A DNA stretch of 64,000 nucleotides from the human T2T-CHM13v2.0 reference genome, Homo sapiens, in NCBI RefSeq assembly GCF_009914755.1, contig NC_060932.1; one strand, given 5' to 3'. The notes under the pieces were generated by a model. It had not been told where the DNA came from, ran no database searches, and saw only the letters and a list, made by a program, of their open reading frames with translations. Positions 44,331 through 58,559 of this stretch are shown piece by piece (the first letter of the stretch is position 1; every line of letters starts with the position of its first letter). Both the position numbers and the translations under genes were made by a program.

Positions 44331-47329
44331 CTACCCTCTCCTGCTTTACCTCTTTTATCACTGCTTTTCTTTATTTTATCTGCTTTAGCCATACAAAGCT
44401 AATAAAGATGAAACTAGACGGCATAGAGAAAAAAGCAAGGCAGGGGCCTGGGGAATGTCAGGGTAGGACAGGGTGGAGTGGGTTGGGGTGAAATGAAAGG
44501 CAAGACTGAAAAGGTTACATTAGACCTTGGCAAATGAGAGAGAACAGAAAATAAATACCTCTAAAATGGGAGTATACCTGACTTGTTTGGAAACTGCAGC
44601 CAGTGTGGCTGGAGTGAAGTTGGAACAGCAGGGAGCAGCAGGTGGGTTAGAGAAGTAATAAAGGTCTGAAAAAGCAGGGCTTTGTAGGGTGATGTATATG
44701 CAATCAACTCCCATAGTTACCTCTCTCATCTAGATCTCTCCTGAGTCCAGTCTCCTACATGAAACACATATTTGACAACTCCTCTTGGATGTCTTACAGA
44801 CATGTCTATCCCCGAAGTCTTAACTGCACTCCAAATCTGTTTCTTCTCCATTCTTTCCCATCTCAGTAAATGGCAGTAACCTCTATCCACTGGCAAAAGC
44901 AAGAATCCTAAAAGGTTCTCCCACTAAATTTAGAATAGACATGAAATTCCAATTAAACATCCTCCACACTAGGCAGCTATAGCCTTTAATTAATATAGCA
45001 AATATGGTAAAGACCCTAATCCCATACATACAGTACTCCGTTAAGTATTACCACCCAGTCACATATTACACACATACAAGAAGGAAATCACTTGCATCTG
45101 AGTCCCAATCAAGGAGTTCACATTCCTATGGGGGCAGAGACTAGGTGAAGTGGGACAGTGAATCTGCATATCCTCTGAAATGCCCAATGTCCATCTAAGA
45201 CAAAATGGTACCTGTACCCAGAGGGTTAGCCCAAATAGTATAATAGCTTCGAGCTAAGAGGTAGCCATCATGGAGGAAGAGGTCCTTATGGCCTCTGACA
45301 ATATCAATTTAAAAACAGGAGGTCCAGTGAGCCCATCAAGCAAGATCAACATACCATATACCTGTACTTTTATACTCTAAAAAGAGATGGGAACACAGAC
45401 TAGGAACTACTGCCGTGTTTGAAAATGCCCCCATGTTTGTTTTCTGTGCTACTGTCTGTTACTTCATAGTGACTAGAAACAAACTCTACAACAAAAATGA
45501 CAATACATTATGGTGTATTACTACAGCAGAATACTATGTAAATTTATTAAATAGTTGTACACTTAGTTACATGGAAACTCATAACACATTCTGAAGTGAA
45601 AGCATAGTATATAATTTGCATAAATAGATACACTCATATAAAATGCTACAGCTGCACCTCTGGTAAGCCAAAGGTTTGTATGGACTTGTCCTAGAAAGCA
45701 GGAAAGTGAGGAACTAAGAAGGCAAAATGAAAAATTAGAAATAGATTTTGAAAAGTAAGTTTTACAAACTTACCTGACAAATTTAAGAGAAGTGAAATTA
45801 TACATAGTGTATTCACTGACCACAATGGAATCAGACTAAACATCAATAACAAAGATAACAGGAAAAATCTCCAAACACTTGGAAACTACACTTCTAAAAT
45901 AATCCAGGGGTCAATGAATTAACAAGGGAAATTTTTAAACTGAACGAAAATAAAATACAATATATCAAAATTTGTGAGATGCAGAAGTGAGAAAAATTCA
46001 TAACACTAAATACATAGATCAGAATTAGCCAGGTGTGCACCTGTAGTCCTAGCCACTCAGGAGGCTGAAGCAGAAGGATCACTTGAGCCCAGGAGTTTGG
46101 GGCTGCAGTGAACTATGATTATGCCACTGCACTCCAGCCTAGGCAACAGAGTAAGATCCTGTCTCTTAAAAAAAAAAAAATGTTATGAAGAATGGTCTGA
46201 GAAAAAAAAGAAAGAAAAGACGAAACGTTTCAAATAAATAATCTAAGCCCACACCTCAAGAACAAAGAACAAGAAGGGGAAAGTAAATCTAAAGAAAGCA
46301 GAAGGTAGTAAATCTAAGAAGAGAAATCAATAAAACTGGAAACAGAAAAAAACTATACATAAAAGCAATTAAACAAAATCTTGGTTCTTTGAAAAGGATA
46401 ATAAAACTGACAAACTTCCAGCAACACTGACAAAGAAAAAAGAAGACACAAATCATCAATATCAGAAAAGAATCAGGGATTATCACTAGAGATCCTGTAG
46501 ACATCAAAAGAATAAGGGAATACTAAGATCAATTCTACACACAGAAATTTGACAATTAGACAAAATGAGCCAAATCCTCAAAAAGCACAAGCTATCACAA
46601 CTTACCCAATATGAAGATGACTTGAAAAGCCCTATAAGTATTCAATAAATTGAACTCATACATTTAAAACTCCTAAAAAAGAAAATCTCCAGTTGTGGGT
46701 GTTTTCAGGAAGAATTCTGCCAAACTTTTAAAGATGTAATGTCTACTCTATAAAATCTCTTCCAGAAAACAGAAGAGGAGAGAATGTCTCCCAACTCTTT
46801 TTATGAGTACAATAGTATCCTGATATAAAAATCAGAAAAAGAATGCCAAAGGGGTTATGGTGGGGGGAACTACAGACAAATATCGTCCATGACTATAGAG
46901 ACAAAAAACCTTAATAGAATATTAGCAAGTAGAATTTAGCAACATACATAAAGAATCTTAGACCATGACCAAGTATCGTTTATTGCAAGCATACAAGGCT
47001 GGTTCAATGTTTAAAATTCAATCAATGTAATCTATCACATTAACAGGTCAAAAATGAGAAATCATATGATCAGTTAATTGATGCAGCAAAACATTTAACA
47101 AAATTCAACACCCATTCACGATAAAAAAAATTCTCAAAAAACTAGGAAGAAGAACATGTCCAGTTGGATTTAAAATATTTACTAAAAATCTACACCTAAA
47201 ATCAGACTTAATGGTGAAAGACTGAATGTTTTGTACATGAAGAATGAGGCAAGGAGGTCCACTCCCACTACTCTTACACAACACAGTGCTTGAAGATCTA
47301 GCCAGTGCAATAAGGTAAGAAATGAAACA

Positions 47330-47738
47330 CGTATTAGTCCGTTCTCACATTGCTATAAAGAAATACCTGAGACCAGGTAAATTATAAGAAGAGTTTTAAT
47401 TGGCTTATGGTTCTGCAGGCTGTACAGGGAGCATTGAGGCTTCTGCTTCTGGGAGGCCTCAGGAAATGTACAATCATGGTGGAAGGCAAAGGGGAAGCAG
47501 GCACATCTTACATGGCCAAAGCAGGAGGAAGAGAGAAAGGAGGGAGGTGCTACAATTTTAAACAACCAGATCTCATGATAAGTCACTCATTATCACGAGA
47601 ACAGCACCAAGGGGATGGTGCTAAACCATTCATGAGAAACCATCCCCATGATCCAATCACCTCCCACCCCACCCAACCTCCAACATTGGTACAATTGAAT
47701 ATGAGATTTGTGTGGGGACACAGATCCAAACCTTATCA
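47330..47738 (-). mobile_element. MST-family (ERVL-MaLR) solo LTR
   Basis: Plus strand starts gtattagtccgttctcacattgctataaagaaatacctgagac and ends cagatccaaaccttatca. Flanks aaaca and aaatg fit a CpG-decayed 5-bp TSD. Confidence 0.9.
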
Positions 47739-48658
47739 AAATGAAAGGCAAGCAGATCAGAAACAAAGAAATAAAAATGTCCCTATTTAAAGATGAAATA
47801 ATTGTCTGTGTAGAAAGAAACATATTTTTAATTACCTAGAACTAATAAGTGAATTAGCAAGTTTATAGGACACAAGATCAAAATACAAAAATTGAAATGT
47901 AGGTCTACATACCAGCAATAAATGCATGGAAGGTGAAAGTAAAAATACAAGAAAAGATTTACTCTAAAATTTACATGGAAAGGCAAAGAAAGCAGAGTAT
48001 TCAATTTTGAAAAAGAATAAAGCATAAGAAACCACTCTATATTATTTTAACACTTATTATGTAACTTCAGTAATAACACTGTGAGGAGTTGGCAGAGACA
48101 CAGAGTTCAACAGAACGTAATAGAGAACCCAGAAACAGACCCACACTAGTGTGGCCAACTGTCTTTACACAAAGGTGAAAAAGCAATTCAATGGAGGAAG
48201 GAGAGCTATCCAACAAATGGTGCTGAACAACTGGATAACCACAGGCAAAAAACCGAAACAAAAACCTTTGACCTAAACATGACACCTGATAAAAAGAAGC
48301 TAATTCAAAATGTACATTTAAATGTAAACCATAAAACCTTTAAAAGAAAACCTAGGAGAACACCTTTGGGGATCTAGATTTGGTGAGGAGATTTAGACTT
48401 GATACCCAAAGCACACTCACAAAAAAAACTGATAAACTGGACTTCATCAAAATAAAAAACTTCTGCTCTATGAAAAACTATGTTAAGAGGATGGAAAGAC
48501 AAACTATGAACAGGGAGAAAAGATTTGCAAACCACATATCTAACAAAGGATTTATATCTAAAATATATACAAAACTCTCAAAACTCAACAGTAAAAAAAA
48601 AACAATTTTATAGAAAATGTGCATAAGACAGAGATATTTCACCAAAGACACACAGCCA

Positions 48659-48697
<39 letters not shown>

Positions 48698-49306
48698 AAA
48701 GATGTTCAACATCCCTAACCATTATGGAAATGTCAAATTAAAGCCATAATGATATATAACTACACATCTATCAGAATGACCAAAATAAAAATAGTGACAA
48801 CCACAAATGCTGTGGAGGATGAGAAGAAACTGAATCTCTCATACATTCCTGATTGTGATGCCAGACAGTTCAGCAACTCTGGAAAATAGTGTAGCACTTT
48901 CCTAGAACACTAAACATATATTTACTACACAACTGAGGTATCACACTCCTGTGTATTTATCCCAAAGAAATAAACATTTATGTCCACACAAAACCCATAC
49001 ATAGATATTCACAGCAGCTTTATATGTATAGCTAAAAACTGAAGAAAAACAAAACATCCCTCAATAGGTGAAGGGTTCAACAAACTGTGGTACACAGAAC
49101 ACTACTCAAAAACATAGAATACTATTCAAAAAGTCACATACTATGATTCCATTTATGTAATATTCTTGAAATGACAAAAGCATAGAGATGGAGAACACAT
49201 TCATGGTTGCCAAGGGCTAGAGATAGTAGGGTAGCAGAGGTGAAGAGAAGAGTAGTTAAGGGACAACATAAGGAAGAGCTTTGTGGTGACAGAATAATTC
49301 TGCATC

Positions 49307-49607
49307 TTTTTTTTTTTTTTTTGGAGACAGTCTCACTCTGTTGCCCAGGCTGGAGTGCAGTGGTGTGATCATGGCTCGTAGTAGCCTCAAATTCCTGGTA
49401 TCAAGCAACCCTCCCACCTCAGCCTCCCAAGTAGCCAGGACAACACACATGTACCACCATGTCTGGCTAATTTATTTTTATTTTTGTAGAGATAGGATCT
49501 CACTATGTTGCCCAGGCTGGTCTCACACTCCTGGTCTCAAGCTATCTGTCCCACCTGGGCCTTTCAAAAGAGCTAAGATTATAGGCATGAGTCACCATGC
49601 CTGGCCG
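49307..49607 (-). mobile_element. AluJ-like SINE
   Basis: TSD ttctgcatctt. Confidence 0.88.
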
Positions 49608-50477
49608 AGTTCTGCATCTTGATTGCTGCAGTGCTTGCATGAATCTACATGTGACAAAATGAAACAGAACTACAACACATACATTTACCAATGTCAGTAT
49701 ACTGGTTTGAAATGTTGTCCTACAAGTCTGTAAAATGTAACCAATGGGGGAGACTGAGTGCAGAGTACATGGGCTTCTGTGTGCCATTTTTACAACTTTC
49801 AGTGAATCTCTAATTATTTCTAAATAAAAAGATTTTTCAAAAGGAAGACAGAATAACTAAATCAATAGTAATTAGCAGTATCTACATTCTCAAGTTTCCA
49901 AATACGAATCTTGAAAATTTACATCCCACATATACTATCATTCCTAGTATTTTCTTGAATGATTTTATTTCATGGTGATTTTTATTCTAGAAAAAATACG
50001 TTCTGAAGTGAGGCTTCGAGTGTTTTACTTCACAGTATCCAAAATACCCAATAACAAAATTATTTTATAAAATGGGTTTGAGTCTTGCAGAAATAGATTT
50101 ATAATCCAATTCTATAACTTACTTCATAAATGATACTGAGCAAATTAAACTTGAGTCTCTGTTTCTTCGTAACTAAAACAGGGATAAAATATATATACCT
50201 TGGAGAACCACCACATCTGTGTATAAAGAAACTGGCAGTGTTCTACACACAGTAGACTACATAACTTTTACTGTTATCATCTTATCTCCCTGAAGGTAAC
50301 ACACATTCCTATGGGCAGGAACAATTTCATGTATTTCCCTTGAATCACCTTACTGCTGTCAGCATGGTGATAAGTATACAAAAAATACCCAACATGCAAT
50401 TTTCTTTGAACTTTTAACTTCTGCCATTAAAATTACCCTTTTTCTTTACTGTAAATGGTTATCCTCTGATTTTCTGA

Positions 50478-50816
<339 letters not shown>

Positions 50817-51586
50817 CCAATAAGAGCTTTTTGATGAAGCTAATATGTAGTTTCTAAAGGCATCAAGCCAAGAAAGAGTAGTTCAATGGTGTAATAGTTC
50901 AGAGATGCAAAACAAAGACCGAGATTTCCAAACATTCTGCACATCCCATATTCTTGTTTCTAACTCAGCCAGTTAAAAATATTTTTTTGATATCCAATAA
51001 GTGGCATTTTTCCAACGTCTCATCACTTCATACAGATCATTATTCTTGCTTACCATTTAAGTAAAGACTTCTATTTGTATTTAAATTGACTAACACTGCT
51101 CCCCATTACCCCTTTCTCAACACAGAGGTCCAGGTTGCCAACCCTGATCTTTGCAATTTTCTAGAAATTATCTCTAAACTCACCTATTCCTCATTATATT
51201 TGTTCCATCACAATAGAAATTATAAAAAAGATAATACCAGCCCCCACTCTGTAATTTGGTATCTTCTCTGAAGAATTTATTCTACTAATTCTTCTCCTAG
51301 TTCTAAACTCCTAAAAGGAACTGTCAAGTAACTATCAAATAGGATTAACAAACTCAACTTTAATACTGCTCACTAAGCTTCTTTCTCTTACTTATAAAAG
51401 TCATATTAAAATGTACTATGATGGACAGGGCAGTTTGTATGATATTATCATCAATATATCACAACAAAAGTTCCAAACACAACGCTTTAGATGTCTTTGA
51501 GAAGGTTTTAGATATCTTTGAGAGCACACTACTCAAAGATGCTCTTCTATATTTAATTTTTTATAAGTTAGTATATATGTCTTCTA

Positions 51587-51594
<8 letters not shown>

Positions 51595-51635
<41 letters not shown>
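51595..51635. repeat. (TA)n microsatellite, about 20 units
   Basis: Seen directly. Confidence 0.95.
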
Positions 51636-51637
<2 letters not shown>

Positions 51638-52706
51638 TGCAAAGATAGCACAGAGTTCCCACACACCCTTCATCTAGCTTTCCCTAACATTAGCAACTGA
51701 CAAAAACACAGTAACACTGGTCAAAACTGGAAACTGAACATTGATACAACAGTATTAAGTAAATCGCAGATTTTATTCAAAGATTCTGTACTTTTTGAGT
51801 AACTGGTGACACTGGACTTCCAGATATGATGGGGATAACTGAATATCCAGATGTCTTGGGAGAATTTCTATTATCATTCCTAATTTAACATGGTCCCAGC
51901 TGCTCTATGATGAGCTTTGATTCTCTATGAGAGCATAGAGTCATGCTAACATAGAATCTTATGTTGGATGAAACCTTGGAAATCATTTAAATTTTTTTTA
52001 AGTATAAATTATGACCCATTAACAGGTCATGAAATAAATTTAATAAACCACAACTATAATTTTTTAATAAAACAAAATAGAAAATATTAGAGTATAATAC
52101 AGATGTTATCGTATCATAAATTTTTTGTTTTAGTGATATATGTAAAAATGTATATGTGTGTGGATGTAGGTATGTATTTATATACTGGGTCACATTATTT
52201 TTAAAAATTCCTTAGCAAAGGTCAGAGTCAAAAATGTTTTAAAAGTCACTCATCTATATCAAACCAAAGAAAGTTCTCTTTAATATTCCTGACAAATGAT
52301 AACCCCCATCTCTAACTAAACACTATTAAAGGTAGAATATTTGCTACTTATACATCAGACGGTAATACGTATTAGGACATTTTTAATGTGGAACCAACAT
52401 TTCTCTGTTGACTTTTGATCTACAACTCACAAAAAGGGTGGGTTTTTTCCTTCTAAAGAAAAATACTGTGCAATCCTATTTCTTTTTTTCCATCAAATTA
52501 GTGAACAGAAGTTCTTACACCTAGAAATCAAAAGTTCCAAAAGAAAGTTTCCTTTTCAGTTCCCAAGAAGAGACTCTGAAAATAAAGGGCAATAATAGAA
52601 GAACAGAAAAATATATATGTAAGGACTCTAAATGGGAGAATAGAAGTAATGCCAAGCAAAAACGTCAAGTCGATAAAGGAACATCTTTGAGGAAATGATA
52701 TAAATA

Positions 52707-53912
52707 TTGGATCCTGCCCCTGGCCAGCCCTGCCCGGCCATGCGTCCCTCCTCCTCCCCACCTTGTGGCAGGCAGCAGCCCTCTAGCTTTGGCTCCGTGG
52801 ACTGGCTCTCCCAAAGCAGCTGCTCAGGGCCGACCCACACCCCCAGGCCTGCCGAGGTCTCCCTGGGGAGCCTCCCTGGCCCGGACCAGGCATCGGGCCC
52901 CGAGGAGCCCCCTCAGGCCGTCAGCATCAAGGAGGCTAGGTCCTCAAATCTGCCTCCGCCAGAGAGGGCTATGGCTGGGTTGAGGAAAGGGCCAAACGCC
53001 TGGCGGGCCCCACTGTGTCCACACAGCCTTCACCACGGAGCAGGTCCGTGGCTTGGAGGGCATCTTCCAGCACCACCAGTACCTGGGCCCTCTGGAGTGG
53101 AAGAGGCTGGCCAGGGAAATGCAGCTGTCGGAGGTCCAGATAAAAACCTGGTTTCAAAATCGCCGCATGAAACACGAACGGCAAATGCAGGACTCCCAGC
53201 TGAACAGCCTCTTCTCGGAGTCACTGCACGCACCCCTGGCTTTCCACTCACCGTCTTCTGGCCTTGCCAATGGCCTGCACCTGCTGTGCCCTTGGGCACC
53301 CCTGCCTGGGCCCCAGACTCTGATGCTGTCCCCTGGCTCCTTCTGGGGTCTCTGCAAGTGGAACAAGAGGCCCTGGCCTCTGAGTGGGCCTGCTGCTGTG
53401 GGCAGCCTCTGGCGTACCACCCCCCAAAGCCCAGGAAGTGGCATGCATACGCTGGGACCAGCCCTGTCCACGGGGCCCTGGGGCCTGGTGTGCTCTGCCG
53501 GAGACGGGATGCATTTTGAGGAAATGCCTCTGACTCCAGGCCTCCCATACAGGTCTGTGCAGATTGCACCTGGCACCTACCCAGAGAACTCAGCTGTTCT
53601 GTTTACATTGTGGAGGCACCTCTCACCCTGACCCACGCAAAGGTTCTGGAGATTTCTGGAGAATATATTTATTAAAGCCACCTCTTCACCAAAAGTTACC
53701 AAAAGGGTTGGTTTAGGAAGTAAATGAAGGGTCAGTGTAGAGTCAAACGCAGAAGTGGGCTTGTTATAGGGAGGGCTTTCAGCATATGATAAAAGGGTAA
53801 TTTGTTTTCTAAAAAGTGTTGGAAAAACTGGTTTTCCAGTTGGAAAAAGTAAAGGTTGTAGGCTTTGTGTGTAAAAAAGAAAACCATGAAGGATTGGAAG
53901 GGGGAAAAAAAA
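52707..53912 (+). pseudogene. VENTXP6: Processed VENTX (VENT homeobox) retrocopy, antisense within the STAU2 intron; probably VENTXP6
   Basis: Intronless and GC-rich. ATG at 52740 gives MRPSSSPPCGRQQPSSFGSVDWLSQSSCSGP (VENTX N-terminus). The homeodomain (HTAFTTEQVRGLEGIFQHHQYL...IKTWFQNRRMK) is in a shifted frame from 53014. Ends DAF-TGA at 53517-53519, then a 3'UTR and an A8 remnant at 53905-53912. TSDs GAAATGATATAAATA (52692-52706) and GAAATTATATAAATA (53913-53927) match 14/15. The pseudogene number comes from my recall of its location in STAU2. Confidence 0.92.
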
Positions 53913-54139
53913 GAAATTATATAAATAAAATTATCAAACTCAGGCAGATAATTTCATAGACGTATGCATTACTTACTAGCAAATCTTCTCATTTTGGAAA
54001 ATGTTTCACTTTTTAATTTTTTTAGACACACAAATAAGAAGAAAAACTTCCACATTCAAAAGAAAGACTAAACCATGCACAAATGAACCCTTTCTGTTTC
54101 CTTTAACATACAAGAAAGTGATTTCATGAAATTTATTAA

Positions 54140-54573
<434 letters not shown>

Positions 54574-55319
54574 TTATTCAACTATCTGGCCACTTCATTC
54601 TACTCAAAATGCAGATCCTTAGCAAAATTTATGACAGAAAAAAATAAATTCTGAAGTAAAAAAATTCACCAACTAGATAAAACTCGATGTTTTCCACAGT
54701 TAAGGGGACATCTTAGGGCGTAATTAAAGCCCTGCTACTCTTACTTTGCCCCAAATTCAAACTATAATATCAGTTTTCAAGATAATAGCAATTGAAAAGC
54801 ATCAAAGAAAGGAGCAAGCAATATGCAAAGGTGCACTGACAAAAACAAGAAATAAGATGACAATCTGACTGACAACAATGATTTGGAAAGTAACTAAAAG
54901 CACACTTGGGTACTCTAGAAACAGATGTCTAGGATTATCTGGTATAAGGACAAACCATGTACATATCTCATGAGGCTTGTAATACTTATTGTTTATAAGG
55001 TTGACAATGAGTCAACAGCAAGGATTCTTCATGCTAAGAATTGTGGCATTTTCTATTTAAGGATATAAAAAATATATGCCATAACTTTTAGAAATATTTC
55101 TATCCAAAATTACTGAACTAAGTAAAGTTTTAGGTTCCAAAAAAAAGTGAACCCTCAGCAATGTGGGGAAGCTAGCTGTCCAGAACAATTATCCTTAAGG
55201 AGTGTGGTTAACTGTAATTCTTCCCTTCTTCTTTACTTCTTTCAAAAGTTCTATGACTATTCAAACCATCTCATAATCTTTGATGTTAATAGAGGGTAAT
55301 GTGTTTTGGGTTGTGGGGA

Positions 55320-55490
55320 CCAGTATTTAAATGACTGGACATAGAATTACTTGGGGAAGTTTTAAAAAACAGTGCGGTTCAAGCTCTGCAACCAGAAATT
55401 CTGATTTAATTAGTCCACATAAAGTCTGGGCATCAGAATTTTTAAAGCTGCCCAGGAAAGCCTGATGTTCAGTCAGTGTTAGGAACCACT
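55320..55490. mobile_element. MER5A-like MITE
   Basis: tagaattacttgggga, ccagaaattctgatttaatt, aggaaccact. Confidence 0.65.
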
Positions 55491-55900
55491 TAGGTAAACA
55501 GTTTTCTTCATGACACCTTTAGGAGTCTTCAAGAGAGATACAGTATGCAGCATTTCCAAAATTTGTCTTCAAATCCCTTTTACCATGGAACATCTTATAA
55601 CACTGACTTAGGTAACTCTTCATCTGAAAATCAAGGTAAATATTAAGTTTAGAATCAAGTTGTATAGCTTTTCAAACTTTGTAAAAGTTCTAATGTGGTT
55701 AGGAAGAGGGAAGGGGAGGGAAAAAATAAAAGGATGACTTACTTTTATCTTGCTACCACATTTTTTATATTACAAAAATTCCAAATGAAATATTTTAATT
55801 TTAACTTAAAATTTCATAGTTTATTTTAATCATGCTTATATTAAGCCTGTGACTCAAAAGTATTTACATGTTGTGAAAGCTAATTTCAAAGATAAAACCG

Positions 55901-55919
55901 TGCTGCCCTCTAATGGTTC
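55901..55919 (-). promoter_or_regulatory. Candidate CTCF-binding motif
   Basis: Minus strand GAACCATTAGAGGGCAGCA versus consensus CCASYAGRKGGCRS (one core deviation). Motif match only. Confidence 0.45.
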
Positions 55920-55999
55920 AAGATAAATATTTTTACCTATACATAGTAGTAAGGTGATAAATACAATTTTATTATTTTATAAATGGGAGGATTACATTA

Positions 56000-56712
<713 letters not shown>

Positions 56713-57341
56713 CAAACCATTTCTTAAACCACCACATTTGCCTATGCATGTGTAAATCAGGATAAAAATGTACACCTCTTCTGCATTCTGCAATAGCCAT
56801 CTCTAACTTAGCTTCTTTTTCAAATAAATCTATGGCAGTAGTGTTCAAACTTGAATGCTTGTACCCTACAAAAACATTTTAGAAAGTTACACATATTCTT
56901 GCATATTTCTTCTTACAGCTAAAGTTTTAATTCACATTTTTAAAATTTCATTAAGTACTTGCAAAGGATGTAGTTTCTAATTTACTGTAAATATTTACAT
57001 TTTAAAATAAAATTATGTCACTCTTTTAAGTGTATCCAAAAACTGAACTATCATAGCAAGCTGACATCCACCTTTATCTACTCAAAAAATACATAAATTC
57101 TGTTAAATACAACAGAAATTTTACACCAGCTGTATCTTGTTTAACTTGCATTTTACTGCACTCTCTCCATTTCATCCTAATTTCATATTTTATAACTAAA
57201 AGTCTTTTATTCCTCATTCTACCATAATTCTATGCAACAAAAATAGATATATTAATTAAAATTATAGGAGTTTGTACTTCCATGTAAGTTAGAAAATATT
57301 TTGTGCAATGAGCCATTATTGAAATTATTAGCAGATAATGA

Positions 57342-57810
<469 letters not shown>

Positions 57811-58559
57811 ACATAATTTTTAAACAAAAAGTAAAATATTAATGGACATGAAACTCACTGACATTTACAGAGCTTTTTTTCTTTATATTGATGTATCTAA
57901 GAAAGAATATTTCTTACTGCTAAAATGAGATAAGTTCTCAATTCTACTCTTATTTCACTTATTTCAGGTATAATCACTAAGAAATGTAATTCACATTAAA
58001 AACTAAATCACTCTGAGTTTTGTTATAACAAGGTCACTCAATTTTTTCTATGCCAAAACACACACTGTGATCTACCATCAGAAATTATTTTTAATGATGT
58101 GGCAATTGATGTTAAGTCCTCTCACAATTTGCTGAAAGCAAGTAACCAGAAACTACCTGACTTACAAAGGATGCATTACACATTTGCTACAATTATTCAG
58201 ATTCTCCATTTCTGGGAAATATTCCAAAACAGTATTACTATGACTTATCAAATGATTATGAATTATACCTGCTATTGTTTCCCTTAGCAGTTTAATTTTA
58301 TATAGTCCAAAAGGGTAGAAAACATCAAAATATTGTTAATTCCAATATCCTTTTGCTGAAATAACATTTGTTTTATAAAATGTTTTGATCTTATCATACA
58401 CTTCAAATATATTTTACCCAAATGGTAGAGCTGCAAACAGCTCATTTAATTTATGGTAAACACCCGCTGTCAACCAAATGCCAAATCAAAATCTGCCTTT
58501 ATTTCTCAACTCAAATACATTTCAGGCTTAAACAAAAAAGATTTTAAATTTGTCTCATA

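Larger units (their letters stand above)
45780..49840 (+). mobile_element. ~4-kb old L1 (ORF2 through 3' end) with a nested Alu monomer (about 46022-46180), MST LTR, (CA)n and AluJ
   Basis: gaccacaatggaatc, ttggttctttgaaaag, caaggctggttcaa, aaaattcaacacccattc, and ORF 48380..48613 (DKLDFIKIKNFCS, L1 ORF2 C-terminus). Confidence 0.88.

Noticed and set aside
45000-45420. Moderately GC-rich unique-looking stretch, considered as a possible second retrocopy
   Set aside because: No recognisable protein in the frames I translated, and no poly-A or TSD.
53030-53576. Long minus-strand ORFs over the VENTX retrocopy
   Set aside because: Antisense shadows of GC-rich former coding sequence, mostly with non-ATG starts.
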